Shown piece after piece: positions 13,848-27,337 of a stretch of DNA of 64,000 nucleotides. A program made the translations under genes and the position numbers. Position 1 is the first letter of the stretch. Each line of letters starts with the position of its first letter. Below the pieces are notes generated by a model that searched no databases, was not told the origin of the DNA, and saw only the letters and a list, made by a program, of their open reading frames with translations. This DNA comes from Octopus sinensis (taxonomy: Eukaryota): assembly GCF_006345805.1 (NCBI RefSeq), contig NC_042999.1:130820001-130884000 (forward strand). The letters are read 5' to 3'.

Positions 13848-13879
13848 AGATATATATATATATGATATACATATGTATG

Positions 13880-13921
<42 letters not shown>

Positions 13922-14410
13922 TATATATGACATACATATGTATGATTTATATATATATATATATGATATAGATACGTATGATTTTTTTTTCTAGTTTCAG
14001 CTCAGAGCTGCGGCTATGCTGATGCACCGCCGTTTTGTGCTACACTGTTATTACGACGAAACTCGTCTAATATATGGCACTTGGTGAAGAATGAGTTTGA
14101 TACAGCTACTCTCATTTGCACCTCTTGCCGTGAGGTAGGTTCATTTGGGACTCTTGACAGATTTATATATATATAGATATGTATGGTATATATGAGATAT
14201 ACTCTCTTTTACTTGTTTCAATCATTTGATTGCGGCCATGCTGGAGCACCGCCTTTAATCGAGCAACTCGACCCCGGGACTTATTCTTTTGTAAGCCCAG
14301 TACTTATTCTATCGGTCTCATTTGCCGAACCGCTAAGTAACGGGGACATAAACACACCAGCATCGGTTGTCAAGCAATGCTAGGGGGACAAACACAGACA
14401 CGCAAACAAA

Positions 14411-14464
<54 letters not shown>

Positions 14465-14944
14465 TACGACGGGCTTCTTTCAGTTTCCGTCTACCAAATC
14501 CACTCACAAGGCTTGGTCGGCCCGAGGCTATAGTAGAAGACACTTGCCCAAGATGCCACGCAGTGGGACTGAACCCAGAACCATGTGGTTGGTAAACAAG
14601 CTACTTACCATGTATATGATATAAATACGTATGATATATTTAAAAAAAATTTTTTTTATTTTATCTAGTTTCAGCTCACGAGCTGTGGCCATGCTGGGGC
14701 ACCGCCATTGCTATCTCATATATATATTTATATATCCTACATATCTATATCTCATATATATATATATATTTATATATATCATACATATCTATATCATATA
14801 TATATATCATACGTATCTATATCATATATATATATCATACATATCTATATCATATATATATATATATATCATACATATCTATATCATATATATATATATA
14901 TATATATATATAAGATATATATATATATGATATACATATGTATG

Positions 14945-14986
<42 letters not shown>

Positions 14987-15230
14987 TATATATGACATAC
15001 ATATGTATGATTTATATATATATATATATGATATAGATACGTATGATTTTTTTTTCTAGTTTCAGCTCAGAGCTGCGGCTATGCTGATGCACCGCCGTTT
15101 TGTGCTACACTGTTATTACGACGAAACTCGTCTAATATATGGCACTTGGTGAAGAATGAGTTTGATACAGCTACTCTCATTTGCACCTCTTGCCGTGAGG
15201 TAGGTTCATTTGGGACTCTTGACAGATTTA
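13125..15230. repeat. Near-identical direct tandem duplication of about 1.05 kb (SINE, TA-rich tracts, CR1 3' tail)
   Basis: ORFs 13137-13337 and 14183-14383 are identical (offset 1046); visible differences are microsatellite lengths and rare substitutions. Confidence 0.85.
13155..13545 (-). mobile_element. tRNA-derived SINE with Nin/Deu-like central domain and internal (TA)/(TG) microsatellite (duplicate at 14200-14610)
   Basis: Minus strand: ...CCACATGGTTCTGGGTTCACTCCC...CCTTGTGAGTGGATTTGGTAGACGGAAACTGAAAGAAGCCCGTCG...GGCGGTGCTCCAGCATGGCCGCA. Other copies or fragments near 16585-16890, 21220-21385, 23950-24105, 33650-33885 and 46125-46500. The Nin/Deu label is from memory of the motif. Confidence 0.75.
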
Positions 15231-15239
15231 TATATGATA

Positions 15240-15577
15240 TAGATACGTATGATATATAAATATCACCATCCGTTCGTAGCCGTTGCCAGCCTGGCCCCCG
15301 TGCCGGTGGCACATAAAAAGCACCATCCGATTGTGACCGTTTGCCAGACTCGCCTGCCACCTGTGCCGGTGGCACGTAAAAAGCACCCACTACACTCATG
15401 GAGTGGTAGGCGTTAGGAAGGGCATCCAGCCGTAGAAACATTGCCAGATCAAACTGGGCCTGGTGCAGCCTTCTGGCTTCCCAGACCCCAGTTGAACCGT
15501 CCAACCCATGCTAGCATGGAATTCAGACGCTAAACGATGATGATGATGATATAGATATGTATGATTTATATATATAT

Positions 15578-15619
<42 letters not shown>

Positions 15620-16300
15620 ATATGAGATAGATATATATATATATGAGATATATATATATGATATATGTATGAGATATATGTTTATGATATAGATATGTAA
15701 AAGAGTAAAAGAGTATGATATAGATATGTATGATTTATATATATATATTATATATATATATATATATGATATAGATACGTATGATATATAAATATCACCA
15801 TCCGTTCGTAGCCGTTGCCAGCCTGGCCCCCGTGCCGGTGGCACATAAAAAGCACCATCCGATTGTGACCGTTTGCCAGACTCGCCTGCCACCTGTGCCG
15901 GTGGCACGTAAAAAGCACCCACTACACTCATGGAGTGGTAGGCGTTAGGAAGGGCATCCAGCCGTAGAAACATTGCCAGATCAAACTGGGCCTGGTGCAG
16001 CCTTCTGGCTTCCCAGACCCCAGTTGAACCGTCCAACCCATGCTAGCATGGAATTCAGACGCTAAACGATGATGATGATGATATAGATATGTATGATATA
16101 TAAATATATATATGAGATAGATATATATATATATATATGAGATATATATATATGATATATGTATGAGATATATATATATGATATAGATATGTAAAAGAGT
16201 AAAAGAGTATGATATAGATATGTATGATTTATATATATTATATATATATATATGATATAGATATGTATGATTTATATATATATATGTAATATATGATATA
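15240..16300. repeat. Near-identical direct tandem duplication of about 530 bp (RTE 3'-tail repeat plus TA-rich minisatellite)
   Basis: tatcaccatccgttcgtagcc starts at 15261 and 15793 (offset 532). Confidence 0.85.
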
Positions 16301-16320
16301 TATTATACATATATATTGTG

Positions 16321-16555
16321 GAGGAACATGGCTTAGTGGTTAGAGTGTCAGCATCATGATCATAAGATTGTGCTTTCAATTCCTGGACTGGGCGACGTGG
16401 TGTGTTCTTCAGAAAAACACTTCATTTCACATTGCTCCAGTCCACTCAGCTGGCAAAAATGATTAACGCTGCGATGGGCTAGCATCCTGTCAAGCTGGGG
16501 AACACATACGCCATTGAAACCGGGAAACCAGGCGCATGAGCCTGGCTAGGCTATC
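16321..16555 (+). mobile_element. Second tRNA-derived SINE family
   Basis: A-box TGGCTTAGTGGTTAG, degenerate B-box and GCTCCAGTCCACTCAGCTGGCAAAAATG core; an antisense copy lies at about 33300-33520. Confidence 0.65.
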
Positions 16556-17039
16556 TTATTTTATATATATATATATATATATACTCTTATTTGTTTGTCA
16601 TTTGACTGCAGCCATGCTGGAGCACCACCTTTAGTCGTACAAATCGACCCCAGGACTTATTCTTTGTAAGCCTAGTACTTATTCTATCGGTCTCTTTTGC
16701 CAAACTGCTAAGTTACAGGGATGTAAATACACCAGCACCGGTTGTCAAGCGATGTTGGGATGACAATCACAGACACACATATATATACATATATACGACG
16801 GGCTTCTTTCAGTTTTCGTCTACCAAATCCACTCACATGGCTTTGGTCGGCCCGAGGCTATAGTAGAAGACACATGCGCAAGGTGCCACGCAAAATATAT
16901 ATCTATATATATGATACATATATATGTGTGTATCATATATATATATCCGTAAAATATATATATATATATGCATACACACACACCTGTATATATATATATA
17001 TACACATATTTATACATACATACACCTATATATATATAT

Positions 17040-17432
17040 CACAATCGTCTGGCACCTGTGTCGGTGGCACATAAAAACACCATCCGAGTGTGGTCGTCTG
17101 CCAGCCTTGTCTGGCACCTGTGTCGGTGGCACATAAAAACACCATCCGAGCGTGGTCGTCTGCCAGCCTTGTCTGGCACCTGTGTCAGTGGCACATAAAA
17201 ACACCATCCGAGCGTGGCCGTTCGCCAGCCTCGTCTGGCACCTGTGTCGGTGGCACATAAAATCACCCACTACGCTCTCAGAGTGGTTGGCATTAGGAAG
17301 GGCATCCAGCTGTAGAAACACTGCCAGATCTGACTGGCCTGGTGCAGCCTTCGGGCTCCCCAGACACCAGTTGAACCGTCCAACCCATGCTAGCATGGAA
17401 AGCGGACGTTAAATGATGATGATGATGATGAT
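17040..17432 (+). mobile_element. RTE 3'-tail repeat with a 62-bp tandem array and (GAT)n tail
   Basis: ctggcacctgtgtc unit at 17049, 17111, 17173 and 17235, then GGTTGGCATTAGGAAGGGCATCCAGCTGTAGAAA...CCATGCTAGCATGGAAAGCGGACGTTAAA(TGA)n. The same tail occurs near 12685, 21405, 22070, 27410, 27700, 31370, 36680, 37920, 44430, 55140, 55744 and 57503. Confidence 0.85.
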
Positions 17433-17499
17433 GAAATACCTAAACACACACATGCGCCCACACTCAGATGTAGGTGGCACACGCATGTGTGTGTGTGAA

Positions 17500-19891
17500 T
17501 ACACAAACTTGAGGTTTTATTAAAGTACAGATGCCAGAAATACATTTTTGTTCATATTATGCATACACACTACTCACACAGTTCACTCCACTGAGAAATT
17601 TAATTGAATTTACTTTTCCATGGTGTTTATATAAAACAAGTATTATGAATTAAATTCTAGCAGTTACTTCTAAAGGCTAGCAGCTTCTTATTTACAAAGT
17701 TTTGAATTTGAAAATCAACAACAAAAATCATAGGAATGCTCACAAAATACTTTGAATCCACTTTTTAATTAACATTTTTAATCTATACAATTTACATATA
17801 ATTGAACATATAATATTCACTGAACCACGCCGAGAAATCATTTCTTCTTTTTTTTTCACTTTAAGTCAAACCAAAATTGAATTACTCCTCCATAATGATA
17901 TCACAGTCAGAATTCTGCATTTGTATTTAAGTAAAAGAAATTATAAAAAAAAAAAGAAAAGAAAAGAAAAAAAAATAATAATAATGAGTAAGGGGGAGGG
18001 GTAGTAGTGTAAGAAGCCATCTTGACACTACAAAAAGTTAAAATTAACAGAATTTCAAATATATGAAAAAAAAACTAACATTTGGACATAATTAAATCAT
18101 TTGTAAATAACTTTGTTTTGTTATACATAAAATAATGAAAAATGTAAAAAAGAAAAAGAAAGGTAATTACAGTGTTTAAAATTCAACCTAATAAATTTTA
18201 AACCAAAACTACCCCAAAACAGAAGAAATCAAAAAGAAACCAGCTACCAGATAGTTGAAGGGTGATTCTAGTTCTTAATTTGGCTTAGTTAATGGTAAGC
18301 TAAGAACGAAAATCAACCACTGAAATTATTATACAAATAAACCTGAATGAAACAGATACAAAGTTAAATTATATTAAGCAATGTTACAATTGACAATGTA
18401 GTTCACTGTAGCATCCTTCCAATAAAGGACAGAAAAGCTTCACTTCCAAAGAGCACAACTCCATTTAAAGTACTCGTATATGAAAGATAAATATTTATAA
18501 TAGCACAATGTGTTAATATATAAGTGCTTCTGTATATATATATTTTTTATACATCAAATGTTGTCCATCTCATCATTCTCCTCTTAACATAAGGGTGATA
18601 TACTTAGTAAACTGAACAGTATAGAAAGATATATTTACAAGATTTTTTTTTTTAACATTTAGTTGAATTGTTTATGGGGGGGGGGCTGATGCTTATATTC
18701 AATCGTAAATTACTTATTGAAAAAAAAGCTAAATCAGCACGATTTTGCTTTTAGTTCATTTTTCATTAAATGTATGTTTTTTAATGAAAAATCGGAAAAC
18801 ATTTTTAAGTAGCACACATGATTTATGTTGTTGGACATCAGTAACAAAAGTTATCTCCCTTAATAAGTAAATTTTCTAGATAGAGATTTAAAAAAAAAAA
18901 CGTTAAGTTTTAGTTATTTCAATTTTCGTATTGACAAGAAAACATAATTATGTGTATGAAAGGGAGATGTTTTTCTGCCATGTGAAATAAAAATTTGTGA
19001 TAAACAAAAAAAAAAAAATCAAAAATTAACTACAATATATCAATTAAAACATCAACCTGGAGATTTAAATAAGGGATTTACGAAAGATATTCTAAACAAG
19101 GGAAGTAAAAAGAAAGTACCTCACAGGCAGGAAAACTAAAATGAAATGCGACAAAATCGCAATTTATTTTAGATATCAGAATCCTTAAGACCTAACAGAA
19201 GAAAACATATACAAATAAAAAAATGATAAATGGCAATTATTAAACATTCTAAATTTCAAAACAGCCCTATGTTCTAAAGTAAAGGCAAAAAACAAAAACG
19301 GGGGAAATTTACCTAATTATTCCTTCAAAATTAACAAATTGATTTAGAAACTACAATTTGTAATTTCTTCTTTAAAGTGTGATAATGACTCAGGAGTATG
19401 TAACCAGTAAGCATAAGAAAGACTTGAATACTTGGAGAAAAGATCATGTTTTACAAACTAAAGTGGGTTGCAAAAATTTCTGTTTATTCATTTTATTTGG
19501 TTTGTTTTCAGTTTTTATACCAAGATATAAAATAAAATGTATTTCAGATCTAAAATGTGAAATACTGGAGAGAATATAATTCAATACGAAGTGAGGCTTT
19601 ACCAAACATAACAGAGCAAAAACCAAAGGAACTTAACCCTAGCTTTTTGCTACTGCTTAATTTGCTTGGTAAATATTCAATTTCATAAAGATTTTTCAGT
19701 TATTTAGTTATCATTTTAACCATAATCATTAAGACGCCTGGTCATCGTCCCCAGAATACCAAAAGATATGTCAGGCTAGCCATCAAAGTGCTGAGTCCAT
19801 TAAGAATGTTTTTTTTCTGTATAATCAATTCATTATTTGAAATGTTTTCATCAGTTGATTACCATTCACTTTTTTTCCTTTTTTGAGACAC
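17500..19891 (-). other. Probable long AU-rich 3' UTR of HERPUD
   Basis: AT-rich and free of the SINE/LINE copies that fill the flanks. Minus-strand AATAAA at about 17516-17521; several more proximal AATAAA also exist, so the true end is unknown. Confidence 0.4.
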
Positions 19892-20050
19892 TTAGTTAGC
19901 ATTCACAGCAGGAGGCTGCTGTGGAAATAAAGAAGTGAAAAATGTTCGCACAAGAAGCCAGACAAGAGAGAGGCCACGAGGAAGAGCTGGTTCCCGAGGT
20001 AGTTCTGACTGAGATTCATCTGAACCACTTTCATCAGAAGTGCCTTCGTT
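19892..20050 (-). CDS. HERPUD2: HERPUD last coding exon
   Basis: ttcccccag|NEGTSDESGSDESQSELPREPALPRGLSLVWLLVRTFFTSLFPQQPPAVNAN*; TFFTSLFP is the Herp C-terminal motif. The 8 exons total 1131 nt = 376 aa plus stop. Confidence 0.9.
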   Translation of the reverse strand, partial: NEGTSDESGSDESQSELPREPALPRGLSLVWLLVRTFFTSLFPQQPPAVNAN

Positions 20051-20475
20051 CTGGGGGAAAAAAAAGAAAGAAAAAGAAAGAATAGGATATAAATACTTAA
20101 TAATGTTTCATCTCTGAAGAAGAGATTAACAGTTCGAAAATTTTCTAGTAGTATCTGACGACTCCATCTCAAACGTTTAATCAGTAAATCTTAAAACTGA
20201 TAAAATTTAATATGATAAAGATTTACAGAAAGTTGAAATTATGAAAACTAAATGAAGACATATTTACCATTATATACTCTAAAACTTTAATTTCTGCACT
20301 GAATGGTTACTTGTTTTTCTTTGTTTCTATTTCTTCATTATATTTTGTTTTACATCAATTTATTAATGCTATTTTAGTGATATTCATATTATATGAGGGA
20401 ATCTCAAGTTATTTCATAGTACACTACCTTTAAAAACCGGCTTTCAAAATTCTTATCTAACACAGTTGAACTTAC

Positions 20476-20608
20476 TTGTGCATCGGGATTTTCATTTTGA
20501 TGTTCATTAACAGCTGGAGCAGGTTGAGCTGCTGGTCCATTCTGATCCCCAGGAGGTGCACCCATAGCTACAGGCTGTCTTTGAACCTGGAACCAGCCAG
20601 CTTGATGA
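20476..20608 (-). CDS. HERPUD2: HERPUD coding exon 7
   Basis: ttgaacag|(I)HQAGWFQVQRQPVAMG...ENPDAQ|gtaagt; 133 nt, phase 2-0; HQAGWF motif. Confidence 0.9.
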
Positions 20609-21759
20609 CTGTTCAAAAAAAAAGTATATGAATAAAATCACATAAAAATGGTTGGAGCAATTACAGTAAAGTTGTCTGATACCTTTTTGTTTCACCAATT
20701 TTTGTTTCCCTTAAACACAACTGATGTCACTCCAACATTGCTTGCATAGTTGAAAAGAACAGTGGCCAGTGCCTAAGTGTTTTATAAATGACACACGCAT
20801 GCACGCGCGTGCACACACACACACATAACATGATTGAATGAATATTAAAGAGTTTTATTAAGTTATTTTATTATTGAGTGTGTTGAATACATCATTAATA
20901 GAAATATTTATGTTCATTTTTCTGTACTGAAAGCATATACTAGCATACACTTGCATAAGATTACATTTCTGTTTGCATTTTCTTTATCTGTCTCCAATCA
21001 ACCCTCATAATACTTTTTTCTGTTCATCTCTAATCAAATTATCTTTCATCAATCATCCAAACCATTGTAGAAGTGGTACCTACTCAATTTTCCACTTTCA
21101 CAGTATATTATAGTTATAGCAAAAAAGACAGACAGTAGACAAAACAAGGAGTTGGATCTGGTGAATTATTTATAGGCACAAACATACACACTCACATACA
21201 TTTATATACATGTGTGTGTGTGTGTGTGTGTATGATGAGCTTCTTTCAGTTTCTGTCTACCAAATACACTCTCAAGGCTTTGGTTGGCCAGGGACTATAC
21301 TAGAAGACACTTAACCAAAATGATACATTATGGTACTAGACCAAAAACCATGTGGTTGGGAAACTAACTTCTCAAGCCACACCTGCTCATATATATGATC
21401 ATCATCATTTAACGTCTGTTTTCCATGCTGGCATAGATTGGACTGTTTGACCAGAGTTTTGTAAGCTGAAGAGCTGCACCAGGTTCTACTGATTGGCTGG
21501 ATGCCCTTCCTAATGCCAACCACTTTAAAAATGTGCTGGGTGCTCTTTATGTGGACTGGCATGGGTGTTTTTTTTTTTACATGGACTGGCACAGATACCT
21601 TTTACATGGTTTTTGTGTGGGCTGGCACAGCATAAGAACATTTGCGAAGCTAAACCATTTCAGGCAGGGGGAAGCATTAACAATTCTGCTGTGGTAGACG
21701 GGTCTTCTTAAGTACCACAAGACACCAGATATCTCAGTCCTCTGTCATTATATATATAT

Positions 21760-21828
<69 letters not shown>

Positions 21829-22595
21829 CGAGAGAGAAAGAAAGTACATTTTTAAGTGTTGATATTCATGACATTACAATGAAGTCAAGGAAGAAATACA
21901 TATTTTGAACAATCTGAGCTGGTTGTAATTAGTTGTAAATTGGCATCAGAATATGGTCAAATGAAAGAGTTGTATCACAGATTGGTATCTGTTGCACTAA
22001 ACAAGAACATAACCAGTATTTAAGCTAAATAATCTTTACACTCTTCACTCTAACTGCAAACTCAAATCATCATCATCATCATCATCGTTTAACGTCCGCT
22101 TTCCATGCTAGCATGGGTTGGATGATTTGACTGAGGTCTGGCGAACCAGATGGCTGCACCAGACTCCAATCTGATCTGGCAGAGTTTCTACAGCTGGATG
22201 CCCTTCCTAACGCCAATCACTCTGAGAGTGTAGTGGGTGCTTTTATGTGCCACCAGCACAAGTACTAGTAAGGGCGACGCAGGTAACGATCACGCTCTAA
22301 TGGTGTTTTTTACATGCCACCGCCACAGGGGCCAGCTTGTTGCTCTGGCAACGAACACGTTCATATGGTATTCTTAGCGCTCCACTAGCAGGGACACCAA
22401 TCATCGAGTTTGATTTCGAGTAATTAGGAATATCTAGATCATTCATACACAAAGAAAATTAAATAGTAATAAATGCATCTGCAAATAAAAATATCAAGAA
22501 TTTAAATAAGGAAGCATTTACAATTAAAGAGAAATATTGTCTTCAGAAAGGAAACACTAAGACAAGAGCAATTTGGTAAGGATATATATACTTAC

Positions 22596-22880
22596 ATGTA
22601 AAGCATGAAACACGTTAAGAAAACAATCACAAAGCGGCTTAGAGTAGAATAAAAGTAGACAATGCCCATCAATATGGCAAACCGACATGCTGCATACATC
22701 CAATCCAACCAGTCTCTTTGTTCAAATTCATCTTCATCATCCAGTACACCTTGTGCATTCATACGCAAGTTGGGGTTACGCTGTCGCACCTCTGGATTAT
22801 TTACCTCAGGCTGGTTATTTATACCATTGTTAGGAGGCATGTTTGTAGGAACAGGAGCTGGAATAGTACCAGATTGGTAG
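22596..22880 (-). CDS. HERPUD2: HERPUD coding exon 6 (acidic stretch plus membrane segment)
   Basis: ttttag|...NLRMNAQGVLDDEDEFEQRDWLDWMYAACRFAILMGIVYFYSTLSRFVIVFLTCFMLY|gtaagt; 285 nt, phase 2-2; LRMNAQG, RDWLDW and YFYSxLSRF are Herp hallmarks. Confidence 0.95.
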
Positions 22881-24159
22881 CTAAAAAGAAGAAAAAAACA
22901 GTAATTTATATTAGAGTAAAATATTTAGAATATTGACTCACTATTTACTTACAGTTAAGAAATTACCCCATCACTACCATCTTTATCTTCTTCCTAGCTA
23001 CTCCCACCCAACCTTGGAGGAGGAGGAGTGCTTAATACAATTTCTGTTGACTACATTCACACACAAAGCATATATCAGTCCATAGCAACACTAGAAATCA
23101 CTTGCCCATAAGTTGCACACAGTGGGATTGAGCCCAAAATCATATAATTACAAAGAGAACTTCTTAACCACAGTTATGCCTGCACCTATCTGTCAAGCTA
23201 CATTCAGACACTAAGTTTCAGTTCAGATTGCTTGATCAGAGAGCCAAAAGAGCAGTTAGTTATACACACACACACAAACAAACACAGAGTTTTATTTTAC
23301 ATTTTAACATCTGCCGGCATCAGTTGTTAGTTGTCGGAGCACTACATCCTTCAAAACTTCCATGCTTTCTGAGATTCGCCAACACTACACCTGATTTTCT
23401 CCCCTCCATACACACACAAGCATGTATCTGACTCATACATTGTTCGCTTTCCAGACATTTGTACATTACTGCATACACTTTATACGCACTTTCTGACAAG
23501 TTGTGGTGCACCTGAGCACTGTATACAATAATTTCATTATTATTATATTTTTCTCAATAGCTACTACCAACTTGATTCTCTGGCAAAATTTTGCAAGAGA
23601 ATCAAGTTAAATTTATATGTAAAACACAAATTGTCTCAAAGATTGAAAGCAATTGTAAAACATAGGTTGTTATATTTAATATTAGCAAATCCTTTAATAA
23701 ACTGTAACATACAAACCACCTAGTCATGGTGTCATCTTAGATATTATACCTAAACTAGCCGAATTATGTTTACTTTGTTAAGGACGCCCTCACAATTTCT
23801 CCATGCCAACACCATCATCATCAAAATCATTGTTTTAATGTTCAATCTTCCATGCATGCATGACAGTAACATTTGTTTACAACTACCACACAACATCAAA
23901 GCAAGAAGACACTAACACACACACATCATATCATATATGCATGTATACATGACAGGTTTCTTTCAATTTCTGTCTATCAAATCCATTTACAAGGCTTTGA
24001 TTAGCCAGGAACTATAGCAAAATACACTTGCCTAAAGTTCCATGCAACGGGACTGAACCAAGAACCATGTGGTTGGGAAGCAAACTTCTGACCACACAGT
24101 CATGTCTGCTATCTCTTTTTTTTTCTCCTCAAGAAAGGATAACATGAAAGTTTACTTAC

Positions 24160-24306
24160 TATTGCATATACTGGGCCATGTACTGGGAGTACATTTGTTG
24201 CATCCATGCATATTGCTCAGGACTATAGAGAAAACCAGGTTGAGATAAAGGTCCCATCGGTGACATTATGTAAGGAACTTGCTGTGGAAATGGTGAATTG
24301 GCCATG
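24160..24306 (-). CDS. HERPUD2: HERPUD coding exon 5 (Tyr/Gln-rich motif)
   Basis: ttccag|(S)MANSPFPQQVPYIMSPMGPLSQPGFLYSPEQYAWMQQMYSQYMAQYMQ(Y)|gtaagt; 147 nt, phase 2-2; matches the Herp W-x-QQ-x-Y...Y-x-QY motif. Missing from the supplied ORF track. Confidence 0.9.
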
Positions 24307-25249
24307 CTGGAACATAGAAGACAGTTTAAAAGTTATAAAACTAGGTTAAAGTAGATTCAGTCATGATATTTTACACAAGTATTTGAAAACAATGAGTAAT
24401 TACATTGTTTACAGAAAAGACTTTTAGAAAACTTACACCCTGTTGTGTTGTTTGTTAGCTTTGTTGTTGTGTACTAGTGATGTCACCAAAGAAAACATGA
24501 GTTGTACAAGTCCAGAACCAACTCTTTGCCTTCATTCCCAGAGGACTACCAGTGCTTGATCTGCAGCAGAGCCTTCTAAGAACACATGAGACACACTCTG
24601 ATCCATCTTCCACTTGAACAATTGGTGAACATTATTATTATTATTATTATTATTATTATCACTGTTGTGCACTAGCATTAATATTGTTGCTGTGTGCTAG
24701 CATTGCTGTTGTGTGCTAGTGTTGTTGTTGCTGTTACATGCTAGCATTATAGTTGTGCTAGTGTTGTTATATGCTAGCATTGCTCTTATGAGCTACCTTA
24801 ACTGTTGTGTGCTAGTATTGTTGTATGCTTCTGCTGTTGATTTGTGATAGCACTGTAGTCAATGTTTGCTCACAATGTTGTTGTATGCTGCTGGTATTAT
24901 GTTTCATTTAAACTGTTGTAAGTTAAAAACTGTTGGATAGACATGTGCAAGGATGGAATACCAGAGAGCTGACATTCTAAGAAAGGATTGACTGTAATAG
25001 TTAGTGTGAGCCTAGGAGAGGGACAAATAAGTCTACAATGTCTGATTGGAGGTAATGTTCATTGTAGTAGTGGTAAGAAGTCAAGAGAGAAGAGAATGCA
25101 CATCTCTAGAGGTTAGAGGCTGGAGTACCAATCAGATGAATAACTTTTCTCTGAATGAAGGAACATACTCCATAATGTGTTTTACTTGAGCTTTAGTAAT
25201 TATTCAGACTGATTAGTAATTATTTCTGGTTTCAATTTTTGCTACATTA

Positions 25250-26990
25250 AAGACGTGCATTTATTAAAAAAATATTCAGTGATAATGAGGCCTAGTATTT
25301 GAATTAATTGCAAGGGCTTTAGCTCAATGTTACCTACTCTTCTTCAAATGAGGTGAGTGAGATAATAATGTTTTCACAATACGAGCAGTGATTTTGATTT
25401 TTTCTTTCTGGTGGGGGTGCCATTGAAATATGTTTGGGATGGCTCCATTGCTGTATGTTTTTGAAATCTCTGTTCACGGAGTCAGTGTAGATCTGATATA
25501 GGTTGCATATGGATAACACCTGAGTGCAGGAGGTAAGGGAAGAATAAAGAATGATATCATGTGTAGAAGTGTGCATTGTTGAAAGTGAGGACAAATAGCT
25601 CAGTGATAGCAAGAAAAACTGTGGGACAAAACTGAACCTTGAAACACACCAGAGTAGACAGAGTGTGGATCAGAGAAAGCTCCATCAGTACATCACAATA
25701 GTGCAATCTGACAGGAAGTCATCTATCTAAGAGATAAGAAATAGATGAAACACAAACACAAAGGCAAATATTTTGACTGATGGTTCACATGCCAGATATT
25801 GTTGACAGCTTTATTGATTTTGAAAACAACACTACTTTCACTAAATTTCTTGATAAAGAAGACCCACTTTTGTGAGTGACAAAAGAAAATAGATGCCCTA
25901 TATATTTGGCTTTATAAAAGACATACAGGTGATTATTAAAAAAAGAGAAAAATTTAAGGTACTGGAAAAGAGTATTGTTAATAGCCATCTCTGTCACTGA
26001 AAATATTGGAAATGGGTGTATTTGGATGGCACTTAGCTGGGTCAGGTGGGTAGCCTTCCTTGGAAATAGGATACACTGTAGCAAGATACAAAGACTAGGA
26101 TATATCTACAGAGAGAGAGAGAAAGAGAGTATGTGGTTGAAGAGCCTGGTGAGCATGAAGGTTAGCACACAAGCACATTGTTTGAGAGTAATGAAAGGCA
26201 CAGTTAGAACCAGTGACTTTTTTTGAAGTAACCAGAGGTGCATTCACACTTGGTATGTGGAGCCTGCTAAAGTGGAAGCAAGTATATTGAGAGAAGATTT
26301 ATGCAGTGTATACTAAGTACAGCTGGATGCAGAATGGACAACAAATGTGGAGGCTTTCTCCATAGATATACTTCTAAGAGGAACATCATAGTTGAGAAAT
26401 GGAAGAAAAAAGGATTTCATACAGTTGGTAGAAATCCTTTTGGTAAAGGACCAAAAACATCAGCTGCAATTTAGAGAAAAGAGAGCTTAAGGAATGTAGG
26501 ATGCATGTTAGAATCCTTTGTAGATCAGGAGTAAAAGTAAAAGTTGGGTAAGAGCTATACACTTTGTAGGGATGAGTTATTTTCTTCAAGTGTTGTAGGT
26601 TGTGTATTTTTAGCATGAACTGCTACAGCAAAGCTATGAGTGAACTGCTTGGAGCTGTGAGTTTTTGTTGTGTGTGCAATGTGGAGAAAAAAGTGTAAGA
26701 GAATGGTTCCTGTCACACATTAGCTGTTACTGACATCACAATGAAGCACATGTAGTGCCAGTGATAGTTGGCACAGAAATACAAAGCTCCAATCAGTTAG
26801 CTGACTTGAAGTGTTATAGGGTCTCATGTGTGATGAGTAAAGTGTTATAAAGAATAATTCTTTTTGAAATATTGGCTCTTGAGTCATGTCACATAAAACT
26901 ATATATAATAGCATGTAAATATTGGGTTGAAAAACCCTTATGGATAGAAGGAGTTGAAGGCTACCCATGGGACTACAGATGTGGATTCAA
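25250..26990 (-). mobile_element. Old degenerate CR1/L2-like LINE fragment in a HERPUD intron
   Basis: Remnant ATVYPISKEGYPPDPAKCHP near 26080-26020 resembles the pre-RT VxPIPKKGDxSDPSNYRP motif; many stops. Confidence 0.45.
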
Positions 26991-27239
26991 GTGCCACAGG
27001 TAACTTTCAACTCTTTCTATCAGAAAAGGATTTTCAACTCATTATAGTTATATGTGATGTGCCTCAAGAGTTCCAAAAAAGAATCATTTCGCTTTCTCTC
27101 AAAAGCTTATAGAAGTCTTAGGACATCAACATTACAAAGAATAGTTCTAAACATAGCAATACAATTTCTGCATTATTGAGTAAGCACCTTACACAGATTG
27201 CATTCAATTCACACAGAATTCTATAAAAACAATACCAAC

Positions 27240-27337
27240 CTAGGATTATAAAAGCCTTCTGCATTATGACTTCGATGTCTCAATTCAGTCTCTGGAGCTG
27301 TGAAAGATACAGGTTCTGGACCAGATGCTTCAGGAAC
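27240..27337 (-). CDS. HERPUD2: HERPUD coding exon 4
   Basis: tatctag|VPEASGPEPVSFTAPETELRHRSHNAEGFYNP+ag|gttggt; 98 nt, phase 0-2; ELRHR resembles the Herp GLRQR motif; keeps the frame into the next exon. Confidence 0.8.

Noticed and set aside
24660-24900. Degenerate TGTTGTGTGCTAGCAT-like minisatellite
   Set aside because: Low-complexity intronic repeat with no ORF or structure I can support.
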